NCBI GenBank assembly: GCA_963729625.1
Contig: CAVSOU010000011.1
Span: 608,001 to 672,000, forward strand
Direction of reading: 5' to 3'
DNA: 64,000 nt
Source: an uncultured bacterium
Lineage (GTDB): Bacteria; Chloroflexota; UBA5177; JANWHV01
Shown here: positions 18,944 through 27,494 of the stretch, piece after piece
Numbering within the stretch: the stretch's first letter is position 1
How the letters are laid out: every line of letters starts with the position of its first letter
Notes under the pieces: generated by a model
What the model was told of the DNA's origin: nothing
The model's input: the letters and a program-made list of their open reading frames with translations, nothing else
Databases searched by the model: none
Translations under genes and position numbers: made by a program

Positions 18944-20308
18944 ATGGAAACCGGAACGAGGGGCGACCTTCTAGCGGGTCTCACCCACTGGCGCGAGGCA
19001 CGCAGCGCCCGTGCCTCAAGCTGGGATCCTAGCGGTCGTAACCAGGACAACTGGATCATTCCGCCTGGAGAAAGCATCGTACTGGCCGACATTGAAGGGC
19101 CTGGTTGCATCACGCACATCTGGATGACACAGTTCTGTCGCCGTGTGCTTGGGCCTAGCCTACTCAACCCGGTGCAGGTGGGTCAGACGGTACCTGTTTT
19201 GGAGATACATAACGCGCTTGGTCTGAACTGGGAGGCACCTGATCCCGACTACTATCGCAAGGTGCTTTTCAAGATCTATTGGGACGACCAGGAGCACCCA
19301 GGCGTGCTGGCTCCCTTGGGCGACTTTTTCTGTATCGGGCACTCAGTGCCCGGGAACTTCGCCTCGACCCCCTTCACGGTCTCTTCCAAAGAAGGGGAGC
19401 GGCACACTTTCGGCGGGACTGCGGCGCTCAACTGCTACCTACAGATGCCGTTCAATGCGCGTGCGCGAATCGAGATCGAGAACCAGAACGACATCCCGTA
19501 CGGACAGTACTTTTACATTGACTACGAACTGTACAAGGAGCCGCTGGCGGCCGACGTTGTCTATTTGCACGCGCAGTGGCGACGCGAGAATCCGTGCTCG
19601 GGATGGGCTCCAGATATCCAGGTCAACAGTCCCGAGGCCAATGTCGTGAACCTCGACGGCAAAGACAACTATGTGCTTCTGGAAGCAGAAGGTCGTGGCC
19701 ACTACATCGGGTGCAATCTCTCGGTGAACCACTTCCAGGGCAGCTGGTGGGGTGAAGGCGACGACATGATCTTCATCGATGGCGAAGACTGGCCGCCCAG
19801 TCTACATGGCACCGGCAGCGAGGACTACTTCGGCCATGCCTGGGGTATGCAAACGAACGCGTATCCTACGAATGGGTCCATCCTGCACGAGAGCGTCATG
19901 CCCGGCTATCAGGTGAGCTATCGCTTCCACTTGGCGGACCCAGTGCGGTTCCAGAGAGGCATCCGCGTCACGATGGAACACGGACACGGCAATCACTTAT
20001 CCGATGACTGGTCATCCACCGCGTATTGGTATCAGTCACTGCCGTCCAAACCATTTACCATTCTTCCAGTTGAACAACGCCTGCCTATCCACCCGACCTT
20101 TTCGGCAGTGCCCGCAGGCGGGGCCGGCCCGATCGGCACTGTGGAACTGAATGACGAGATGCGCAGAATGCGTGCCAGCCAGCAAGAGCGCTACGCCACG
20201 TATCTGGAAAACCGCAATGCCGTGCTTGATAGACGGATCGAGGACACACGCATGCGGTCAGAGTTGAACCGCGAACATGCTCAGCGGATCCGGCGCGCGT
20301 TCCGCTGA
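18944..20308 (+). CDS. Glycoside hydrolase family 172 (DUF2961)
   Basis: SSWDPSGRNQD, GPGCITHIWMT, PLGDFF, WWGEGDDMIFIDG, HGTGSEDYF, YRFHLADP. Confidence 0.9.
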   Translation: METGTRGDLLAGLTHWREARSARASSWDPSGRNQDNWIIPPGESIVLADIEGPGCITHIWMTQFCRRVLGPSLLNPVQVGQTVPVLEIHNALGLNWEAPDPDYYRKVLFKIYWDDQEHPGVLAPLGDFFCIGHSVPGNFASTPFTVSSKEGERHTFGGTAALNCYLQMPFNARARIEIENQNDIPYGQYFYIDYELYKEPLAADVVYLHAQWRRENPCSGWAPDIQVNSPEANVVNLDGKDNYVLLEAEGRGHYIGCNLSVNHFQGSWWGEGDDMIFIDGEDWPPSLHGTGSEDYFGHAWGMQTNAYPTNGSILHESVMPGYQVSYRFHLADPVRFQRGIRVTMEHGHGNHLSDDWSSTAYWYQSLPSKPFTILPVEQRLPIHPTFSAVPAGGAGPIGTVELNDEMRRMRASQQERYATYLENRNAVLDRRIEDTRMRSELNREHAQRIRRAFR

Positions 20309-20546
20309 GGTCTTCCAGCAACGAGTCTAGACCGAATGCCCCCATCCCACGTGTCGGCCCTGCTGTATGAACGCGAATCCAGAGTATACCCGGTAGACGA
20401 TGCGGTTGCCGTACGTTGGGCAATTCATGTAGCAATGACTGACCAGAGGGCACCGTGCGCAGGAATATGCCTCGAATTACTATGGGCGGAGATTCTGACG
20501 GGTGAGCGCAGACCGCGTCGACTCGGCTCGATGGTAGGAGGAATCT

Positions 20547-22064
20547 ATGATTGATGCTGATAGACCTCGTTGTCACCTCACAGCGCCGGCCGGGTGGATG
20601 AACGATCCAAACGGCGCAATTCAGTGGAAGGGCCGCTACCACATCTTCTACCAGCACAACCCAGAGGGTCCGTATTGGGGGTCCATCCACTGGGGACATG
20701 CGGTGAGCTACGATCTCGCCCACTGGACGCATCTTCCCGTGGCTTTAGCGCCAACGCCCAACAGTCCTGATGCGAACGGATGCTGGTCGGGTTACGCGGT
20801 GGTGCAGGATGGCGTTCCGCATCTGATGTACACGGGCGTTCGCAAGAGCCCAACCGGGGACTACTGCCAATCGCAGTGCATCGCCAGCAGTAACGACGAC
20901 CTACTTACCTGGAACAAGGCGCCCGACAACCCGGTCATCGCCGCGCCCCCAGACGGGATGAAGGTCCTGGGCTTCCGAGACCCCTTTGTATGGAGAGAAG
21001 GCGCTCACTGGTACTGTATTCTAGGCACAAGCGTCTTGGGCGTGGGGCCAGCCGCCTTCCTGTACACGTCGACTGACCTGCGTCATTGGGACTATCTCAA
21101 GCCCCTGCTTGTGGGCGACGTCAGGCAGACTTCGCCAGTCTGGACTGGCTCCCAATGGGAGTGTCCTCAGTTCATTCCTCTGGGCGAAAAGTATGTCCTC
21201 CTTGTCGGAATCTGTGACGACGTTGGCCCGCGCTTCAGCACTGCCTACTTCGTTGGCACGTATGCCAATCAGACGTTCGTGCCGGAGGCGGTGAGGAGGT
21301 TCGACCTTGGCCCGGACTATTACGCTCCAATGGCCATGCGCGACGACACCGGGAGAACACTCCTTTGGGGCTGGGTGCGCGAGGCCCGATCTACGCGCGA
21401 CCAGCAGGTTCTCTGGCAGGACAGTCCGGCCCAGCGGCAAGCGGGCTGGGCTGGCGTGCTAAGTGTGCCCCGCGTGCTCACCTTACGCACCGATGGTCTG
21501 CTTGGGGTGGCGCCTGCGCCCGAGCTGGAGTTGCTGCGCGCCCACCACTGGCGACGCACCCACCTCGACCTGACCCCAGCTTCGCGCCATCTACTCCAAG
21601 ACATCAGCGGAGACTGCCTGGAGATAGCTGCGGTCATCGACATGGGTGAGGCTGACGTGTGCGGCATGAAGGTGCGGTGCTCGCCCGATGACGAGGAGCA
21701 AACCGTGATCTCGTACTCCAAATCTGCACAGGAACTTAGTATTGATAGGACCCGGTCGAGCCGCAACCTCGAGGCCGTGGGCGCTCGCGAGGGCGGCACG
21801 CTCGTGCTATATGACCATGAGCCTTTGACCCTGCGCGTGTTTCTCGACCGCTCGATCATTGAGGTGTTTGCCAACGAGCGCGCGTGCCTGACCGCACGCA
21901 TCTACCCCACGCGGCCCGATAGCCTCGGCTTCGATCTGTTTGCCGTAGGTAGGCGCGCCCACGCCGAGTACATCGACGTCTGGACTCTAGAGGTTGGCGA
22001 TGACGCTAACTCAAGAGGCGCCGATAAAGCGACTGCAGGCAGCGCAGGTTCGGTCGATATCTGA
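20547..22064 (+). CDS. Glycoside hydrolase family 32 (beta-fructofuranosidase / sucrose-6-phosphate hydrolase), cytoplasmic
   Basis: WMNDPNG, WGHAVS, WSG, FRDP, WECP, C-terminal DRSIIEVF. Confidence 0.95.
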   Translation: MIDADRPRCHLTAPAGWMNDPNGAIQWKGRYHIFYQHNPEGPYWGSIHWGHAVSYDLAHWTHLPVALAPTPNSPDANGCWSGYAVVQDGVPHLMYTGVRKSPTGDYCQSQCIASSNDDLLTWNKAPDNPVIAAPPDGMKVLGFRDPFVWREGAHWYCILGTSVLGVGPAAFLYTSTDLRHWDYLKPLLVGDVRQTSPVWTGSQWECPQFIPLGEKYVLLVGICDDVGPRFSTAYFVGTYANQTFVPEAVRRFDLGPDYYAPMAMRDDTGRTLLWGWVREARSTRDQQVLWQDSPAQRQAGWAGVLSVPRVLTLRTDGLLGVAPAPELELLRAHHWRRTHLDLTPASRHLLQDISGDCLEIAAVIDMGEADVCGMKVRCSPDDEEQTVISYSKSAQELSIDRTRSSRNLEAVGAREGGTLVLYDHEPLTLRVFLDRSIIEVFANERACLTARIYPTRPDSLGFDLFAVGRRAHAEYIDVWTLEVGDDANSRGADKATAGSAGSVDI

Positions 22065-22230
22065 AAAGTGATGGCTTTCTCGACGAGGCTATGAGGCATC
22101 AGCAGGGAGCCGCCGGCGGCAAGGCCGCCAGCCGCCTTGGCTACGTGGAGAGGAAGGTGCGACGATCCATGCGGTTCCCGCTAATGGAGGGCACGCTCGG
22201 CGGAATAGAACGCTGAGGCAGAGCTTTCAT
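22020..22230 (-). pseudogene. Frameshifted 5' remnant of a Tat-exported protein resembling the SBP at 12828
   Basis: MKALPQ...MDRRTFLST then, in a shifted frame, AKAAGGLAAGGSLLMPHSLVE; compare SRRALLTTGAKVAAGLAGGGVALAAMPPSVLA; left boundary approximate. Confidence 0.6.
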
Positions 22231-22372
22231 GTCCAGTCCCCCAATACCTACTGGTGGCCGACCAGGAATCTTGCTGCCGCGCGTGGGTGCTGAGTGCGGC
22301 GCCCGGCACGGGTCGATCGCTGCAGTGCGGCCACTTGGCGATGGGCGTCCTCAAGCTCACCCTCAACCCGCA

Positions 22373-23723
22373 CTAGCGTAGATTGGACAATTGAGCCTCG
22401 CAATAAGGAAGGATCGCGCATCCTGGAAGGTAGTATCAAAGCCAAAACCAGGAAGGCGATCCCATGGCAAGTGTACCAAGCGGCCGGATGTCGGCGAGCG
22501 GACCGACCAATGTCGTGCAACTGCCCGCGCTCTTGGCGTATGCGCAAGGGCTGGGTTTGGAGCGGTATTTGCACCGTGCCAAGCGGGGGCTGTCCAGTCT
22601 GAGCCTGGCGTTGCTCTGGCTGGTGTTGGCCTGGCGGGGCAGCGGGCGGCCGTACCATCTGCGGCTGCTGGCGGAGCCCTTACTGCCGGTGCTGCTGGGA
22701 CTGCGCCGCCTGCCCTGTGCGCGGACCCTGGCACGGAGTGTGCGAGCGTTCTCCGCCCACGACCTGCGCCGGGCGGTGGAGGCCACCTACCAGGCCAGTC
22801 TGACGCGCCGCTGCGGGCGGGTGTGGGTGGCCCTGGATGCCCACCAGCTGCCGTACTGGGGCCGGGGCAAGCTGACGCGCTTCCTCAAAGGGTGGGCGGG
22901 CGGACGCAGTCGGCGGCTACGCGGCTATCGCCTCTACCTGGCCGTGGACACCGGCACGGGCCAGGTGATCACCTACGTCCTGGGGCGGGGCCGGCACCGG
23001 GAAGCGGCCTTGGCTGCCGTGCTCGCCCGCCGCGTGCGCCCGGTGCTGGGACAGCGGCGACTGGCCGGCATCGTCGCCGATTGCGGCTTTACCAGTCGCG
23101 CCTCGGTGGCCGCGCTCGCTGCCACCCGCATCCCCTGCATCGTGGGTTTCGCCCGCTCCAAACCCATTCGTGCTCGTCTGGCCGCACTCGGGCCGCAGCA
23201 GTGGCGCTGGCTGCGCCGGGGCGGTGCGGTGCGCCTGGGTGCCTGCCCCTGGGATGACCGCCTGCAGCTCTTCGCCTTAGGTGCCCGCACCGGCAGCGAC
23301 CGCCGGGGACCATGGGTCTACTGCACCAGCCTGCGCACCGTGGGTCCCCAGCGCCTGGCTGACCTCTATCGCCAGCGCTGGCGGGTCGAGCAAACGTTCG
23401 AGGAACTCCTGCACGGCCATGACCTCGACCACCTGGTCAGCTACCGCCTCCATCCCAACCGCATCGCCGTCGGCTTTCGCCTCCTGGCCCGCAGCCTGGC
23501 CCTGGGTTACCAACTCCACCAGCAGGCTGGCCGCGCCGCTCCCCTGGCCGAACCCTTGGCCTTCCGGGCTCGCTGTGTCGACGGCCTCGGCATCTTCACG
23601 CTCGAGCAGCACGCCATCACCCTTGTCGCCTGGGATGGGGCGCAGGTGCCCTCCTGCCACTTGCCTTGGTCCGGCGTCACCATCGCGGCCGCCGCCTGAC
23701 CCCAAATGTCCAATCTACGCTAG
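22373..23723 (+). mobile_element. Insertion sequence with DDE transposase and CTAG-bounded terminal inverted repeats
   Basis: Left CTAGCGTAGATTGGACAATTG; right CAAATGTCCAATCTACGCTAG; 17-bp perfect inverted match including CTAG. Confidence 0.93.
22464..23699 (+). CDS. DDE transposase (IS4/IS1380/IS701-like superfamily)
   Basis: VALDAH, IVADCGF, LYRQRWRVEQTF (Y-x2-R-x3-E signature). Confidence 0.88.
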   Translation: MASVPSGRMSASGPTNVVQLPALLAYAQGLGLERYLHRAKRGLSSLSLALLWLVLAWRGSGRPYHLRLLAEPLLPVLLGLRRLPCARTLARSVRAFSAHDLRRAVEATYQASLTRRCGRVWVALDAHQLPYWGRGKLTRFLKGWAGGRSRRLRGYRLYLAVDTGTGQVITYVLGRGRHREAALAAVLARRVRPVLGQRRLAGIVADCGFTSRASVAALAATRIPCIVGFARSKPIRARLAALGPQQWRWLRRGGAVRLGACPWDDRLQLFALGARTGSDRRGPWVYCTSLRTVGPQRLADLYRQRWRVEQTFEELLHGHDLDHLVSYRLHPNRIAVGFRLLARSLALGYQLHQQAGRAAPLAEPLAFRARCVDGLGIFTLEQHAITLVAWDGAQVPSCHLPWSGVTIAAAA

Positions 23724-23815
23724 CCGCGCGCAAGCACATGGGCTACCAGACGCTGCTCAAGCAGTTCATCAACGAACGCCTCTACGAGGAGGAGAAGCGG
23801 GCGGGTATCCGCTGA
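23720..23815 (+). pseudogene. C-terminal remnant of a CopG/BrnA-type (RHH) antitoxin
   Basis: LAARKHMGYQTLLKQFINERLYEEEKRAGIR* starting at the IS right end. Confidence 0.65.
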
Positions 23816-24404
23816 GGACGACACGAAATGCAGGCTCCCTCAGCTATTCGCGCTGCGGGACCAATACTGGCACTCTGCGCCGCCTGTTGCCATTTGCACG
23901 GAACTCTGTGCCGCCCGTTGCTTGAGTCACGGCTTGTCGAGTGATCGGTGGCCAAGAAGCACCTTATGCCAACTTGTCCTACGCCGAAGCGCCAACTCAT
24001 CTCCGCGCGCAAGAGCGGCACATGCTGGTCGTGAAGCAGCTTGAGGACCGCGCGCAGCTCCTTCACCAACCATAGATCATCCAGCAGGATCGTGCACAAC
24101 TGATTAGGCGTTGCCTTGAGCAAGCCACGCCGGTCACGTTGCGCATGAATACGAAGCGTACGGCCAGGGTAGCGCGGTGCGCGCGTCCTGAAGGACGATG
24201 CCGGCCCGGGCAGAAGTGTGCCCGGATCAGCTCAACGCCGACAGTCCATGCTGATACGAGTGCGCGGTGCCTGAGCTCCCCGCTTGTGACGTCCAACCCC
24301 CTCACAATGTACTGTCAGTAATATCCTATGTACTGATGGTCATGCACTTGCTATCATGAGTGCCTGATGGATGCGCCCCGCAGACGAGAGACAAGGCGAG
24401 GACC

Positions 24405-24620
24405 ATGGTCAACGAGACAGCGATACAGGCACGTTTGCGACAGACCGAACAGCAACTGGAGGCTATCCACGCGCGCATAGGCCCGCTGCAGCAAGCGGTA
24501 AGCTGCGGCTCGGCCGGCTGGGAGGCGGCGCTCGAAGCGCTGGCATTCTTCTACAAACGCCGGCGAGCGCTGGAAGCCGAGCGGGAGAGCCTGCACTGGG
24601 TGCTTGCGCCCGAGCAGTAG
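24405..24620 (+). CDS. Small hypothetical coiled-coil protein
   Basis: GAGGA RBS, 71 aa amphipathic helical hairpin, AT-richer upstream region. Confidence 0.5.
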   Translation: MVNETAIQARLRQTEQQLEAIHARIGPLQQAVSCGSAGWEAALEALAFFYKRRRALEAERESLHWVLAPEQ

Positions 24621-25120
24621 GTACCAAGGCTGGACGCCGTCATCGGGCGCATTGAGTCCGAGGTCGGCAGCCTGAGCGCGCACACCGTCATGCACATGGC
24701 TGGCGCGCTGTGCGTCCAGTCGCAACGCTGATCATGCATGCACACGAACGGTCTGCGTCCCGAACACGGCCCAACCCATCGAACCGGTGTACACCTGCGG
24801 CACTGCTCACGCGCGAAACAACAGGTCCATGGCCTCACGATCGCTGCTTGGCGCCATCCGCCGTTCGACCGGGCCCAAGCAACTCGTCGTGGTCGGCCAA
24901 TCCGTGGCTGTCGATGCGTGCGCCTATCGGCAAGGATGAGCGCTCGGCCATAAGTTCTATCTTCTCACAGGTCGCTTCGAGAGCATGCTATGTTCAAGCG
25001 TGTCCCGCGCGCAAGCTGTGGCCCGTGCAGATCGCCAGGTCCGTGGCCCGCGCTTGACGGAGCGACTGGCAGCCGGGACGCAGGCGATGCCGGTAGAGGT
25101 AGCCCTTTGGCCCCCCGCCG

Positions 25121-25201
25121 CCACCGCTTGCCGCCAGCCCATTTGAGCGGCGGCTTCAGGCTGCCAGCGCCCGCTGACGTGGGCTCAGTGGTCTTCGGCA
25201 T
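25121..25201 (-). pseudogene. N-terminal fragment of a Dam-family DNA adenine methyltransferase
   Basis: LKPPLKWAGGKRW; no EPF.G or DPPY motifs follow. Confidence 0.7.
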
Positions 25202-25318
25202 GTCGCGCACGAACAGATTGATCGCCGTGCCGCCCTTGACCGCGAACGTGTCGTCGACGAGCACCAGCGGCACGACGCGCGTCAACAGCCGCGCGCTGTC
25301 GAGATAGACCTGGTTCAT
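25196..25318 (-). pseudogene. N-terminal fragment of an AbiEii-type nucleotidyltransferase toxin
   Basis: MNQVYLDSARLL...FAVKGGTAINLFVRDMP, cut just before the expected RLSVDxD motif. Confidence 0.85.
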
Positions 25319-25458
25319 GGCTTCAACACCAGAAGCCTGTCAGCCGAGCGCGACACCCAAGGCCGGTCGCTGCCCTTCGGCCATTGCGACGGATCGAGCT
25401 TGCCGGCCCAGGGCTGGGAGAGCTCGCGGCCGAGCTGTAGGCAGAGGCGGACAGTCTT
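25315..25458 (-). pseudogene. C-terminal fragment of an AbiEi-type antitoxin
   Basis: KTVRLCLQLGRELSQPWAGKLDP...GSDRPWVSRSAD.LLVLKP*, ATGA overlap with the toxin start. Confidence 0.7.
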
Positions 25459-25546
25459 GCTTGCGTTTAGCGAACGGAACGGTGAGGCGCGCGGCACGCG
25501 GTCCCAGTCGTCGCACAATGCAGCCAGCGATGTGTGCGGCCGCGCC

Positions 25547-27298
25547 TCAGCCGACGACGAACGGCGCTTTGAAGCTCGTGACGTTCTCGCCATCGCTGGC
25601 GATCAGCCGCAGCAGATAATGGCCGGGTTTCATGGGCGACGCAGGCTGCACGATGACGGTCCTCCCCTTGACAATCGGGTCCTTCATCTCCGGCAGCTCT
25701 GCCGCGACCGGCGCGCCAGACGCATCCGTCGCGAGCACCACCGCTTCCACGCTCGCGTCGGCCGGTAGCGGCGCCGCGAATGTGACTACGATCGGCGACG
25801 TGGGCGACATGCGGCCTCCAGGAGGCGGGCTCATCTGCACAACGGTCGGGAAGGTCCCGATAATTGTCACACCCGGCAGTGGTTTCGTCGGCAGGACGGT
25901 CGGCCCGACGACGGGCGTGGGAGCGGCGCGCACGGTATAGGTCGCCTTGTAGAACACGCTGCCGCCCGAGAGCGTGGTCACGCCGACGCTAAGGATGTAC
26001 GTGCCCGGCTTCAGGGACTGCTGCGGCAACAGCGCGATCGTCGCCGTGTTGCCGCGCACCACCGGATCGGCCACCGGGCCCGGCTTGCTCGAGCTACGCA
26101 GCATGATCACGATACTGGCTCCCGTGGGGAGCGGCAGCGCGAACGTAACCGTCAAGGTGGGTGATGGGGACAGCACCGCGCCGGGCGGCGGCGTCACGCT
26201 GGTAATGCCCGGCACGTTGCCGCTGCCGATCGCGGGCAGCGGATCCGATTGCGCGGCAGCCGACAGCGCCCGTCCATAGGTGAGGATCGCGCCGCGGTCG
26301 CCGGCCGCAAACGTTGCCTGCCGTAGCCCGCATGCCGCCATGGCCAGCGAGCCCTGCACCGAGGCGTCCGACAGCTGTTCGCTCACCGTCGTGGCGTCTT
26401 GCGTGCTGGCGCCCGAACACCGACCGATCACGCTCACAGTGCGGGGGATGCCGGTGCCAGTGAACACCAGGTGTGCCTTGCCCAGGTGACCGGAGTACGC
26501 GAGCGTGACTGTCCCGGTCGCGTCGGTAGTGAGGCCGGTTGACGGCAGTGCGTCTCCGGCGAAGGTCCGGTAGGCGACGAGCCCGAGCGCCGCATTGCTG
26601 CCGGCGTACGCGGTGAGACGGACCGTGCCGCCGCCGCTCGATGCCCCTGCGTCAATCGACACGCCCGCGGAAGGCGCCGCTGCTTTCGCCGCGCTTACAT
26701 TTGTCGCGTAGGTCGCGAGCTGCGAGACGTCGCCAGATCGCGGCAGGGACACATTCGTGCCGCTGTAGAGATACGATGCCTGCGACCCCAGTGTAGCATG
26801 CAACGCGCCTTCGCAGGGGAGGCTGAGGTCAAGCTTTGCCGCCGCCACGGAGACCGCGCGCGTGACCGTTGTGGCAGCGAGGCCTAGGCAGGGATCCGCG
26901 GGCATGCTTATATACGCGGGCCTGCCGGTGGTGGTCCAGCGCACGGCGATATGTCCATAGCGTCCGAGGTCGGCGTGCGTGTCGAGCGTGGCGCCAGTGG
27001 CGCTCAGCACGAGATCGGCCGCGGGCACCAAAAACGTGAAGCTGCCGCCGGACAGGCCCGACGATTCGCCGAGGGACACGACGATGGACACGGTCTTGTC
27101 GTCGTTGGCGCGGCGGACTGCCAGTGACACTGCTCGTGGGGCCGCTACGCCGGGCAGCGAGCCCTGGAGCGACGCGGCGAAGTCGCTGCCGGCAGGCGAT
27201 GCCGGCGCGGCATGCGATCGTGCCGGCGACGGCATGCCGGGCAACAACGCCGCCAGGACGGCAGCGCATCCGATGCGGAGTAATCGTCGATCAGCCAC
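25547..27298 (-). CDS. Secreted protein with two C-terminal Ig-like (Big_5/CopC-like) repeats
   Basis: Signal peptide; repeats ITSVTPPPGAVLSP...LTVTFALPLP...LKPGTY and VVQMSPPPGGRMSP...IVVTFAAPLP...MKPGHY. Confidence 0.65.
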   Translation of the reverse strand: MADRRLLRIGCAAVLAALLPGMPSPARSHAAPASPAGSDFAASLQGSLPGVAAPRAVSLAVRRANDDKTVSIVVSLGESSGLSGGSFTFLVPAADLVLSATGATLDTHADLGRYGHIAVRWTTTGRPAYISMPADPCLGLAATTVTRAVSVAAAKLDLSLPCEGALHATLGSQASYLYSGTNVSLPRSGDVSQLATYATNVSAAKAAAPSAGVSIDAGASSGGGTVRLTAYAGSNAALGLVAYRTFAGDALPSTGLTTDATGTVTLAYSGHLGKAHLVFTGTGIPRTVSVIGRCSGASTQDATTVSEQLSDASVQGSLAMAACGLRQATFAAGDRGAILTYGRALSAAAQSDPLPAIGSGNVPGITSVTPPPGAVLSPSPTLTVTFALPLPTGASIVIMLRSSSKPGPVADPVVRGNTATIALLPQQSLKPGTYILSVGVTTLSGGSVFYKATYTVRAAPTPVVGPTVLPTKPLPGVTIIGTFPTVVQMSPPPGGRMSPTSPIVVTFAAPLPADASVEAVVLATDASGAPVAAELPEMKDPIVKGRTVIVQPASPMKPGHYLLRLIASDGENVTSFKAPFVVG

Positions 27299-27494
27299 CT
27301 GTCGATCCCTTCGCTATGCCGCAACATTCCCCGCGTTCTCCCGCGCGACGTGTGCCGGTGCCCGGGCCGCGGAACGCACGTCGCGGCAGCCGGCCAGGGA
27401 GAGCCGACGGCGTCTGTGTGTTGGCCCAAGCGTCCGGAAGCGCCGGCCGGCAAGGCGCCGCGAGCCAGCTCACCTGCGCGGGTTGATTGCGCGC

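Noticed and set aside
23820-24305. Minus-strand ORF pieces (LKATPNQLCTILLDDLWLVKELRAVLKLL)
   Set aside because: Protein-like but unassignable, with no credible start.
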